Assembly (NCBI GenBank): GCA_963813025.1
Contig: CAWEXO010000011.1
Coordinates: 416,001-480,000 of the forward strand
DNA: 64,000 nucleotides
Direction of reading: 5' to 3'
DNA from: an uncultured Verrucomicrobiae bacterium
GTDB lineage: Bacteria; Verrucomicrobiota; Verrucomicrobiia; Chthoniobacterales; JAFAMB01
Shown piece by piece: positions 9,790 through 18,118 of the stretch. The position numbers and the translations under genes were made by a program. Each line of letters begins with the position of its first letter. Within the stretch, counting starts at the first letter, position 1. The notes beneath the pieces were generated by a model. It had not been told where the DNA came from, ran no database searches, and was given only the letters and a program-made list of their open reading frames with translations.

Positions 9790-10931
9790 GGCTTTTCTTG
9801 CGCGTACGCCTGGCGCAGCAGTTCATTGCAAATCTCACCACGACACGTAACGACACACGCCTTCAGGATTGGGTCGGAAAGGTCGATCCGCAGACCATTG
9901 ACTTCTTTATCCCAGAAATGCTCCACAAACGCGCTGACATTCGTCGAAAAAGTGTCACTGGCGTTTCCGGCTACCCGGCTAGCGATGTTGCCCGGCCCGA
10001 GAATCCGTACTCCGTTGACCTCGACTTGTTCCTCCAAGAGCGCGCCCTCGACGTTCCCGCCGGTCTCTACCGCGAGATCCACTACCACGCTGCCTGGCCG
10101 CATCCGCTGCACCATTTCGGTGGTGAGAATCAGCGGAGCCCTTTTTCCGAAAACCTGGGCGGCCGTGATCACGATATCGGCTTGGGCTACGTGCTCAGCC
10201 ATCACTTCCCGTTGCTTCAGCAGCTGTTCGGACGTCAGCGCCTTCGCGTAACCGCCCGCGGTTTCACCGGTTGCTCCAATGTCAGCTTTGACAAATTTGG
10301 CGCCCAGCGATCGCACTTGTTCTTCAACGACCGGCCGGGTATCGAATGCCTCAACCGTCGCACCCAATCTTCGCGCCGTCGCGATGGCCTGTAACCCGGC
10401 GACACCAACGCCGATAACAAACATCCGCAACGGTTTGATCGTACCCGCGGCGGTCATCATCATCGGAAAAACCCGGTCAATCGTGGCCGCGGCCAGCACC
10501 ACGGCAGCATATCCAGCCAGATTCGCCTGCGAACTCAATGCATCCATTTTCTGGGCAACTGCGATACGCGGGATGAGTTCCATGCTTACTGTCACGGCTC
10601 CGGCTCGCGCCAGTTGATCGACGAGCTTTCGTTCGTTGAAGGGGTCAAGTAGGCTGATGTGCACCGCTCCTTCTTTCAGAAAAGCAACTTCCTCCGGCGC
10701 CGGTTTGCGCACCCGCAGGATGACATCCGCGGTGCCGAAGGCGGCCCCGCGATCGGTCGCAACTGTTGCGCCCGCGGCTCGATAAATGGCATCCGCGATT
10801 TTGAGGGGCTCGCCGACTCCGGCCTCGACCGACAGCTCGGCTCCCAGTTTTGCCAGCCGCGCGGCCGATGACGGTACGACCGCGACTCGCCGTTCGCCGG
10901 GATAGGTCTCCTTCGGCACAAAAATTCGCAT
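9786..10931 (-). CDS. pntA: NAD(P) transhydrogenase alpha subunit part 1 (NAD-binding)
   Basis: MRIFVPKE..GERRVA start, QKMDALSSQ, GVGVAGLQA, DLAVETGGN. Confidence 0.95.
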   Translation of the reverse strand: MRIFVPKETYPGERRVAVVPSSAARLAKLGAELSVEAGVGEPLKIADAIYRAAGATVATDRGAAFGTADVILRVRKPAPEEVAFLKEGAVHISLLDPFNERKLVDQLARAGAVTVSMELIPRIAVAQKMDALSSQANLAGYAAVVLAAATIDRVFPMMMTAAGTIKPLRMFVIGVGVAGLQAIATARRLGATVEAFDTRPVVEEQVRSLGAKFVKADIGATGETAGGYAKALTSEQLLKQREVMAEHVAQADIVITAAQVFGKRAPLILTTEMVQRMRPGSVVVDLAVETGGNVEGALLEEQVEVNGVRILGPGNIASRVAGNASDTFSTNVSAFVEHFWDKEVNGLRIDLSDPILKACVVTCRGEICNELLRQAYAQEKP

Positions 10932-11182
10932 AGTCGGCGCAGATACATCGATCGCCGCCAGGTTGGCGGCGAATATCGGGCGGGATCTTGAGAAAAATAT
11001 CGGAGGACTGCAATGGCGAAAACTGGCCGGCTCCGTGCAAGTCCTGCTAGTCCAGGCACGAAAGGTGGTTCGCGCGCTGCCGGGGAAGCGGAAGCTTGCC
11101 CCTGCCAGAGTGGGCGCTGTGAAAGAATCTCTAAATTCTCGCACGCCGGATGTCGGCCCAGGCCGCGTTCCGAGACAGTAGC

Positions 11183-12013
11183 CTAATTCTTGTCCGAGCG
11201 GCTCTCGCGCACAGCTCCCCCGTGATCACCTGCCCGCTTCGATGTGAATAAAATGCAGCCGCAGATGAAAACCGCGATAATCAATGAGGAACTGATGCGG
11301 CTGAGGTTGAACCCACCGTGCGCTGTCGGCTTCGTGAGAAGATCTCCCAGAGTCGCGCCGAGCGGACGCGTGAGGATGAACGCAGACCAAAACAACCATG
11401 TACGCGAGACGTTCGTTAGAAAATAGATAGCGGCGAGAACGCCTAGCGCCCCAAGGAAAACAATCGCTGAGCCTTCGTATCCCAACCCTGAATCATCAGC
11501 AAAAAAGTCTCCCAGGGCGGTTCCGAGGGTATTCGAAAAGAGAATCGTCGTCCAATAGAAGAGCTCCGCCTTGCGCGAGGTGATTTTGTTGACTGACACC
11601 GAACCCAGAGAAATCCTCCAGATTCCGAGGACACTCATCAGCATCACAAACAGCAGAATTGATCCTCCGATGTAGCCGATCCCCAGCGAACGATCGGCAA
11701 AATCGGCCATCGTCGTGCCGGCCGTAGTCGTGGCGACGATCACAGTCCAATACAGGAAAGGATGATAGGATTTGGCACCGATCTGGGCGGCAGCCGCAAC
11801 GATGAAAATCCCAAAGAAAATTACCGTACTGACGGCGTAGCCCAATTGCATGGTCATCGAAAGGGCATCTCCGCCGGTTTCGCCAAGCGTTGTCGCACAA
11901 ATCTTGATGATCCAAAAAAACAGTGTGACTTCAGGAATCTTGCTCAGGACAATTTCAGAAGCCCGTGCGCCGACGCTGGTTTTGGATTGAGGTGTTGTAT
12001 ATAACAAATTCAC
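11183..12013 (-). CDS. COG4705/DUF347-repeat membrane protein
   Basis: SKIPEVTLFFWIIKICATTLGETGGD and the repeated TTAGT/TLGTALGD/TRPLGATLGD helices; GTG start at 12013 inferred. Confidence 0.85.
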   Translation of the reverse strand: MNLLYTTPQSKTSVGARASEIVLSKIPEVTLFFWIIKICATTLGETGGDALSMTMQLGYAVSTVIFFGIFIVAAAAQIGAKSYHPFLYWTVIVATTTAGTTMADFADRSLGIGYIGGSILLFVMLMSVLGIWRISLGSVSVNKITSRKAELFYWTTILFSNTLGTALGDFFADDSGLGYEGSAIVFLGALGVLAAIYFLTNVSRTWLFWSAFILTRPLGATLGDLLTKPTAHGGFNLSRISSSLIIAVFICGCILFTSKRAGDHGGAVRESRSDKN

Positions 12014-12110
12014 AATGAATTTTCTTTTTTGTTTGTTGATCCGCGGAGACCGCCGCATCCCGCAGCTGACGCCCCATTGCAGTCAAGAGAACAGGTTTCG
12101 CTTAAGCGAC

Positions 12111-12141
12111 GATGAAACGGGAATGAAATCTTTTTCATTTT
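12111..12141. promoter_or_regulatory. Putative response-regulator binding site (CusR/CopR-box-like), copy 1
   Basis: GATGAA-N6-ATGAAA-N3-TTTTCAT upstream of the COG4705 gene; same layout at 13555. Confidence 0.55.
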
Positions 12142-12210
12142 CTCGGTGATAAGGTGATCGTCCGGCTTGTGCCGAGCCGGCGCCGGATAAACCCATATGG
12201 TCAACGGCGC

Positions 12211-13551
12211 TCAAATAAACAGAGCTTCGTAGTTGGAAAAGTTCTTGAGCACCGGTATACTCGGTACGGGATTCAGGGTGCGACCAGCCACCAAGCGCAA
12301 CCACCAATTCCCCCGAACGTAACGATCCTGCGGAACCAACTCAAAGCCCAGCTGCAGCTTCGGATTGTAGTTAAATGGCCCGTTCTGATAAGTCCGGATG
12401 CCCCTGCGCGCACACCATTCATGAAGATCTCGCAACACCAAAAAATAGAGCTGCGAGTCCAGTGCGTTTTCATGGTCAAAGGCGGTATCAAGATCGTAGA
12501 GGACGTCGCCATGCACCAGACAAAACTTGAACGCGACCATCTCGCCCCCCTGACGCCAAACGAAGCAGCGGACCTTCTCGGTCAACCTTTCGGCCAGAGC
12601 GAGTAGATACTCCCGCGAGAGCGCATTGAATGAAAGCTTCGCGTGAGCGCATAGCCGCTCGTGCAGGCGGAAGATCTCGTCGACGACACCGCCTATCTCT
12701 TCGGGCATCTCCATTGTCACGGGAGCCTTTAGCGAGATCGCCCGCCACGCTCGCCATAGGTTTCTCCGGTGCATTTTGCTCAACTGTTGAGCAACTAAGT
12801 CGTCAAATGTTCTCAGTCCGATTGCGAGACGAGTCGACGGCAACGCCGGTAGGCGGACAAAACCGCGACTGGTAAAGGTGGTGAGCATGGAACGGTCCTC
12901 GGCCGGGAAATTCCCCAGTAATATCAGGTTAATGCTCGCATCGCGGCTGAATTGCATCAGGGCGTCGTATAAAGCGCGCGGTACCCAGGTTTGCTTTCGA
13001 TCGATTCGGCTCTCCCCTGCAGGATTTCCGACTGTCAGGATGCGTGCAGTGAGAAAATGCGGCCATCGCTGTCGGAAGGACCCAAGGAGCCGGCGCAACC
13101 GCCGGGACCATCCTACGGTCAGATCGTGGCGCGAAATAACGAAAGGTTGAACGGCAAAAGACACGAGATGGCGGTTCTCGAGAACAAAATATCGCTGATT
13201 TAGCCGGCTCCCCTTGGTTTCTTCGGTCACCTCAAAAAATCGATGGTCATGCGGAGCGTTGTTGAAGGCCGAATGCCAAATGTTGGGCAGAATATCGCGC
13301 CAGGATTCGACTACCCAAGTGCGACCGCACGCGGTGAAGGCGGACCAAACGGCCTTGGTTACTCCAGTGTCGGAAATACACGTGCGAGCGCGAGTTGAGG
13401 TGACGCTGGGAATGGCCTCGGGAATGCCTCTTTCACGGTAAAAGTCCATCATGGCCGGCGCAGACCTTCCTGGAGAGGTGGCCGGATCATTAACTGAAAC
13501 CGGAGAACCAACGACTCTCACACGTTCTCCGCTAGGCGCCGAGCATGACAC
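12211..13551 (-). CDS. GNAT/FemAB-like acyltransferase (Acetyltransf_6 type); start uncertain
   Basis: LSKMHRRNL, FVWRQGGEMVAF, LYFLVLRDL..WC..G, YNPKLQLGF Fem-like motifs. Confidence 0.7.
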   Translation of the reverse strand: MSCSAPSGERVRVVGSPVSVNDPATSPGRSAPAMMDFYRERGIPEAIPSVTSTRARTCISDTGVTKAVWSAFTACGRTWVVESWRDILPNIWHSAFNNAPHDHRFFEVTEETKGSRLNQRYFVLENRHLVSFAVQPFVISRHDLTVGWSRRLRRLLGSFRQRWPHFLTARILTVGNPAGESRIDRKQTWVPRALYDALMQFSRDASINLILLGNFPAEDRSMLTTFTSRGFVRLPALPSTRLAIGLRTFDDLVAQQLSKMHRRNLWRAWRAISLKAPVTMEMPEEIGGVVDEIFRLHERLCAHAKLSFNALSREYLLALAERLTEKVRCFVWRQGGEMVAFKFCLVHGDVLYDLDTAFDHENALDSQLYFLVLRDLHEWCARRGIRTYQNGPFNYNPKLQLGFELVPQDRYVRGNWWLRLVAGRTLNPVPSIPVLKNFSNYEALFI

Positions 13552-13554
13552 AAC

Positions 13555-13585
13555 GATGAACGCTAGATGAAAAGATTGTCATCTT
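13555..13585. promoter_or_regulatory. Putative response-regulator binding site (CusR/CopR-box-like), copy 2
   Basis: GATGAA-N6-ATGAAA-N3-TTGTCAT, containing the near-palindrome AGATGAAAAGATTGTCATCT, in the divergent GNAT/regulator gap. Confidence 0.6.
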
Positions 13586-13641
13586 GCCATGAGTGTGAAG
13601 ATGGATTGGCGCGCTCCCAGTCCCTGGAGGTATTGTGAGGG

Positions 13642-14316
13642 GTGCGCGTGCTTGTTGTAGAGGATGATCTCCGCGTAGCGCAGTTTCTCCGGAAGGCTCT
13701 GGCCGAAGAGAATTTTAATGTCACTGTTTCCCAACACGGCGATGAGGCGGACGCGCTGCTGCGCGAGCAGCTATTCGATGCCGTCGTCCTTGACGTTATG
13801 CTCCCGGGCCGGGACGGACTAAGTATCGTTCGCAGGTTACGGCAGGGCTTGAACGCAGTGCCCGTGCTACTTCTTACTGCGCGATCGTCGGTCGCAGAGC
13901 GGGTGGACGGGTTGAACGCTGGCGCTGACGATTACCTGGTCAAGCCGTTTTCGTCCGACGAGCTGGTTGCGCGAGTCCGTGCCCTGATCCGGCGCTCCAG
14001 TGGAGAAACCTTCAGCTTTTTTAAGGTGGCCGATCTTGTGATACGGCCGGCTGAACGGATCGTAGAGCGAAGCGGCGCCCGGCTTGAACTGACGGCGCGC
14101 GAATTCGGTTTGCTCGAACTTCTGGTCAGGCACCCGGGACGGGTATTCACCCGGACACAGATTTGCGAACGAGTCTGGGATTACAGCTTCGATCCGGGCT
14201 CAAATCTCGTTGATGTGTATGTCCAGCGACTGCGACGAAAGGTAGATAACGGTTTCAGCCCCAAACTCATCCACACCGTGCGTGGCACGGGTTACAAGGT
14301 GTCGGAACAACCATGA
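13642..14316 (+). CDS. OmpR-family response regulator (CusR/CzcR-like)
   Basis: VVEDD, LDVMLPG, GADDYLVKPF, SNLVDVYV.RLRRKVD, TVRGTGY. Confidence 0.95.
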   Translation: MRVLVVEDDLRVAQFLRKALAEENFNVTVSQHGDEADALLREQLFDAVVLDVMLPGRDGLSIVRRLRQGLNAVPVLLLTARSSVAERVDGLNAGADDYLVKPFSSDELVARVRALIRRSSGETFSFFKVADLVIRPAERIVERSGARLELTAREFGLLELLVRHPGRVFTRTQICERVWDYSFDPGSNLVDVYVQRLRRKVDNGFSPKLIHTVRGTGYKVSEQP

Positions 14317-15473
14317 AGCCTCGTTCATTAAGGTCACGGTTTGCTATTTTCTGCGCATTGCTGGTGGCCGGTACCCTGGTTGTGTTCGCCGGGTTATCGG
14401 CGGCCCTCTTCTACCACGAACAGCTAGAGGCATTTTCGGAGGACCACACCGTCGTGCCTTCGGCGGATGACCGAAGCGAAGCGTGGGAAGGTGGGCTCAC
14501 GTTAGTTTCCTCGTACGCCCTTCTGTTGCCCGCCGCTGCCTTGGGTTCGGCGGCAATCGGGTGGTTTTTTGCAACGCGGTTCCTGCGCCATCTGACACAA
14601 CTGGCGGACTCCGCAGATCGAATCTCCATACACAATCTGCAAGATCGGTTAGAGGTGCCGGCAACGCTGGACGAAGTCTCGCGACTGACTAAGGCCATGA
14701 ATGAGCTGTTGGGGCGTTTGGAGGCAAGTATCACTCAAATTAAACGCTTTACTGCCGACGCTTCGCACGAACTGCGGATGCCGCTCACTGTAATGAAGTG
14801 CGAAGTGGAGGCCTTGCTGCGCGACGGTACGAGTGGTTTCTCGCCAGATGCCGGCGAACGACTTTTGCTCGAGATCAACCGGCTGACGCGCTTGTGCGAG
14901 TCGCTGCTATTCCTGGCGCGGGCCGATGCCGACGAGGTTGACTTTGACCCGCGCGGGGTAAATCTCTCTGCACTCGGGCTGGAACTACTCGAAGATGCGC
15001 AGGCATTGGCCGAGTCGTGGCAGATCAAAGTCGACGCGCTCATCGAACCGGATGTTCAAATAACTGGCGACCTGCAACTCGTCCGTCGCCTTCTGCAGAA
15101 TCTTTTGGATAACGCGGTGAAACACAACGTGAACCATGGCTGGATTCGTTTCTCAATTGGCGTGCGGGAGAAATATGGCAGCCTCGTCATTGCGAACTCC
15201 GGAACGCCAATACCCCCGGGCGAACAAACACGACTATTCCAGCGCTTTCATCGTGTCGATCCCGTGCGTGCAACGAACGGTTCCGGCGCAGGCCTTGGCC
15301 TGAGTATCTGCCGAGAGATCGTAGCCTTGCACGGCGGCAGCATCAGCTTGATCTCGTCCAACGCGAATGAGACTTCGTTCCAGGTGCTCCTGCCGTTGCA
15401 GGGACGGGAGATCGACGGGATCAGCGACTTGGATGAGACCGCTGAGCTCGAGCGTGCGGGAACGGTGACCTAG
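14313..15473 (+). CDS. HAMP-domain sensor histidine kinase
   Basis: Two TM helices, ADASHELRMPL H-box, NLLDNAVKH N-box, GAGLGLSI G-box. Confidence 0.95.
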   Translation: MKPRSLRSRFAIFCALLVAGTLVVFAGLSAALFYHEQLEAFSEDHTVVPSADDRSEAWEGGLTLVSSYALLLPAAALGSAAIGWFFATRFLRHLTQLADSADRISIHNLQDRLEVPATLDEVSRLTKAMNELLGRLEASITQIKRFTADASHELRMPLTVMKCEVEALLRDGTSGFSPDAGERLLLEINRLTRLCESLLFLARADADEVDFDPRGVNLSALGLELLEDAQALAESWQIKVDALIEPDVQITGDLQLVRRLLQNLLDNAVKHNVNHGWIRFSIGVREKYGSLVIANSGTPIPPGEQTRLFQRFHRVDPVRATNGSGAGLGLSICREIVALHGGSISLISSNANETSFQVLLPLQGREIDGISDLDETAELERAGTVT

Positions 15474-16596
15474 TGCCTAATTGCGTAAGTTAGTTATATG
15501 TATGGCGACTTTCCCCTGATGTACCTGGGATTTGGTCCATTCGAAGGGAGCCGCATTGTTATTGTAGTTCTTGATGAAGGTGTCGATGGCGTTGCGCAGC
15601 TCTGCCACGCTGGTGAAGTTTGCCCCCTGGAGGGCTTGGCGGCTCAAGATACTAAACCAGATCTCAATCTGGTTGAGCCAAGAAGCGTGGGTTGGAGTGA
15701 AATGAAAATGCACATTGGGGTGAGCCTTCAACCAGCGATCTTGCTTTGGCTTATGGGTCGCAAGGTTGTCTAAGACCACATGAATTTCTTTGTCGAGATT
15801 TCCGGCAACTACCTGGTTCATAAACTCCAGGAATTCCCGTCGGCGCTGGCGCCGGTAATGACCAGCCTGCACTTGGCCGCTGGCAATGTTGAGGGCGGCA
15901 AAGAGAGTGGAGGTGCCATGGCGCTTGTACTCGTGGCTAAAACCCGTCAGCGCCCTGCCATTGGGCAAGCGAATCCAACCTTGGGCTCTTTCCAGGGCTT
16001 GAATGGCTGGTTTTTCATCAATGGCCAAGATGAGCGCATTCTGGGGCGGATTGAGATAAAGACCGACAATGTCAGCGGCCTTGCGCACAAACTCCGGATC
16101 GGTGGAAATGCACCAGCTGCGGCGCCGTTCCAATTCAATGCCTTGTTGGCGCAAAATGCGCCAGACTTGATCGGAGGAAACATCGGCCAGACTCTGCGCC
16201 AGCAGTCGCCCATTCCAGCGCCCGTAGCCCGCCGGTGGATCTTCATCCAGCAGCGCCAAGACCCGCTTGACCGTCATTTGATCATACTTGGCCGGCTTTC
16301 CACTGCGTGGCGCGTCTTCCAAGCCAGCCAGGCCTTGGCGCACAAAGCGCCGCCGCCATTTACTCACCGTCACCTCGGGAATGCGCAGGCTCTTGGCAAT
16401 CGCACGTCCACTCAAGCCCGCTGCCGCCTTCAAGATAATCTGACTCCTGACCTTGAGCCGGTGTTCGACCCGTTGCGCTCGACTCCAACCCTCCAAGAGC
16501 TTGCGGTTTTCCACAGAAAGTTTGATGCAACCCATTGCCATCCATCCAACAAATCATAATTTTTCATAAATATAAAGAACTAAAGCAACTAAGTAC
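15473..16596 (-). mobile_element. IS630-family insertion sequence
   Basis: Imperfect ~30-bp terminal IRs (TAGTGCCTAATTGCGTAAGTTAGTTATAT vs revcomp TAGTACTTAGTTGCTTTAGTTCTTTATAT); TA duplication at 15471-15472 and 16597-16598 inside CTAG. Confidence 0.9.
15477..16541 (-). CDS. IS630-family transposase
   Basis: HTH plus D(IDE)/D(LDN)/E(WLNQIE) triad, Y.RHGT..LFAAL, FTPTHASWLN. Confidence 0.97.
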   Translation of the reverse strand: MAMGCIKLSVENRKLLEGWSRAQRVEHRLKVRSQIILKAAAGLSGRAIAKSLRIPEVTVSKWRRRFVRQGLAGLEDAPRSGKPAKYDQMTVKRVLALLDEDPPAGYGRWNGRLLAQSLADVSSDQVWRILRQQGIELERRRSWCISTDPEFVRKAADIVGLYLNPPQNALILAIDEKPAIQALERAQGWIRLPNGRALTGFSHEYKRHGTSTLFAALNIASGQVQAGHYRRQRRREFLEFMNQVVAGNLDKEIHVVLDNLATHKPKQDRWLKAHPNVHFHFTPTHASWLNQIEIWFSILSRQALQGANFTSVAELRNAIDTFIKNYNNNAAPFEWTKSQVHQGKVAIHITNLRN

Positions 16597-16814
16597 TAGT
16601 GCACCATCTCTCATCTAGTGATGCCATCGTTGCGTTTCAAAATGGGCCGCCGGCAAGGCGGTCCGGGCCGGACTGGCAATAGGAGGGCGCATATCTGATT
16701 CGATCCGTAACCGAGGAGCAACGCAGCCGCCGGCCTATTTTCTTTCAGCTCTTCGGAGCGGCCGGCGGGTCCGCCGAAACTTCGCCAGCAGCGTACCGCA
16801 AAAAAGATCCCCCG

Positions 16815-17933
16815 TTAGCCCAGCAACAAAATCGGCCGGTTCGTCGATCGCAAGTAAAGCAGTACCAGACCGAGCAGCAGGAAGGTCGCGGCCGGCGTCC
16901 AGGCCGAGACGAACGGATCGATCCTGGCACCCTGACCAAGCGCCAGGAACACGTTTGTACTGGCGAATAGGCCAATAAACAGAAAGAGGCCACCCGCCAC
17001 TCCACCAAGAGCGCCTCGACGCGAAAAGGCGACACACATTGGGGCCGCCACCAGAATTACCGCGACCGCGTTCCAGGGAAGGGCAAACCTGTACCAGAGC
17101 TGCGTGCGGTACTCGGCCAAACTCGCTTCCGGAAAATCGGAATTCACCCGCAGATACTCCATCAATTGCGGGACAGTCATCATCTTCCCTTTCAACGCTG
17201 AGCTGCCGAGCTGCCAGATGGTTTCAGGCCAGCCGCTGAGTTCTTTGCGCTCGAAGTATTCCTCTCCGGTCACCTCCCCGCTTGGATCCACCCGGGTAAT
17301 CTTACCGTTAAAAAAGACCCAGAGATTGCGCACCGTGTCGTGCGCGGCACGCTCGGCGTAGATCTTGTAGAGTATGGTGCCTGAACTGTCTTCCTGGGTG
17401 ACCTGAACGCCGCGCACCTCTCCGAGCTTGGTGTTCAGATGCTGGATAAACCACATCCGGTGGTCGGTCCGGTTTCGGAAAAGATGGCCGTCAAGCTGCG
17501 TCGTCTTCGATCGTCCCTTGGCCACCTCATCGATCATATAGTTTTCCGCGTATTGACCACGTGGCGCCAGCTCATAGTTCAAATAGGTACAAGCAGCGGT
17601 CGCCAAAATGCCAAACCCGATCAGTGGCAGGAGAACGCGGGATACACTCACTCCGGCAGTCATCATCGAGACGATCTCGTTCCGGCGCGACATCCGCGTG
17701 AGCACATACAAGAGCCCGAGTAAGATCGCTAAGGGCAGCCAGGTCACCACGACGTAAGGCAGTTGGGTCAGATAATACAGTGCGATGAATCCGATCTTCA
17801 GGTGATTATCTTGAAAGTTCGCCGTGTTTTCGCCCAGATCATAGATGAGCCAGATCGCGATCATCCCGAACAAGGCAAGAAAAAACGGCACCAGAAAATT
17901 CTTCAGCAGGTAACGGTCAAAAATCCGAAACAC
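16815..17933 (-). CDS. LptF/LptG-family LPS export permease
   Basis: IFDRYLLK start, MSRRNEIVSMMTAGVS, periplasmic jellyroll region, C-terminal SAWTP helices. Confidence 0.88.
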   Translation of the reverse strand: MFRIFDRYLLKNFLVPFFLALFGMIAIWLIYDLGENTANFQDNHLKIGFIALYYLTQLPYVVVTWLPLAILLGLLYVLTRMSRRNEIVSMMTAGVSVSRVLLPLIGFGILATAACTYLNYELAPRGQYAENYMIDEVAKGRSKTTQLDGHLFRNRTDHRMWFIQHLNTKLGEVRGVQVTQEDSSGTILYKIYAERAAHDTVRNLWVFFNGKITRVDPSGEVTGEEYFERKELSGWPETIWQLGSSALKGKMMTVPQLMEYLRVNSDFPEASLAEYRTQLWYRFALPWNAVAVILVAAPMCVAFSRRGALGGVAGGLFLFIGLFASTNVFLALGQGARIDPFVSAWTPAATFLLLGLVLLYLRSTNRPILLLG

Positions 17934-17968
17934 TCCGGGACCTTACTCAACTCTGATTGCCCCGCAAT

Positions 17969-18077
17969 CAAAGCGGCGGGAGCGGTGGGAGCGGAGGTAC
18001 ATGCCCCCTGCTCGAATCCGACAGCTGATCAGCTACCTCCCCCCGCTGAACCCGCTCCCACCGCTCCCGCCGCTTTG
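17969..18077. repeat. Perfect 26-bp inverted repeat built from GCGG(T/C)GGGA units
   Basis: 17969-17994 is the exact reverse complement of 18052-18077; a related unit recurs at ~63982-64000. Confidence 0.85.
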
Positions 18078-18118
18078 GTTGACTGACCACTGCTCAGCTG
18101 CTTACCTGCCTTCTCCGC

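Noticed and set aside
15780..16559. 259-aa ORF opposite the IS630 transposase
   Set aside because: Antisense shadow ORF with no recognisable motif
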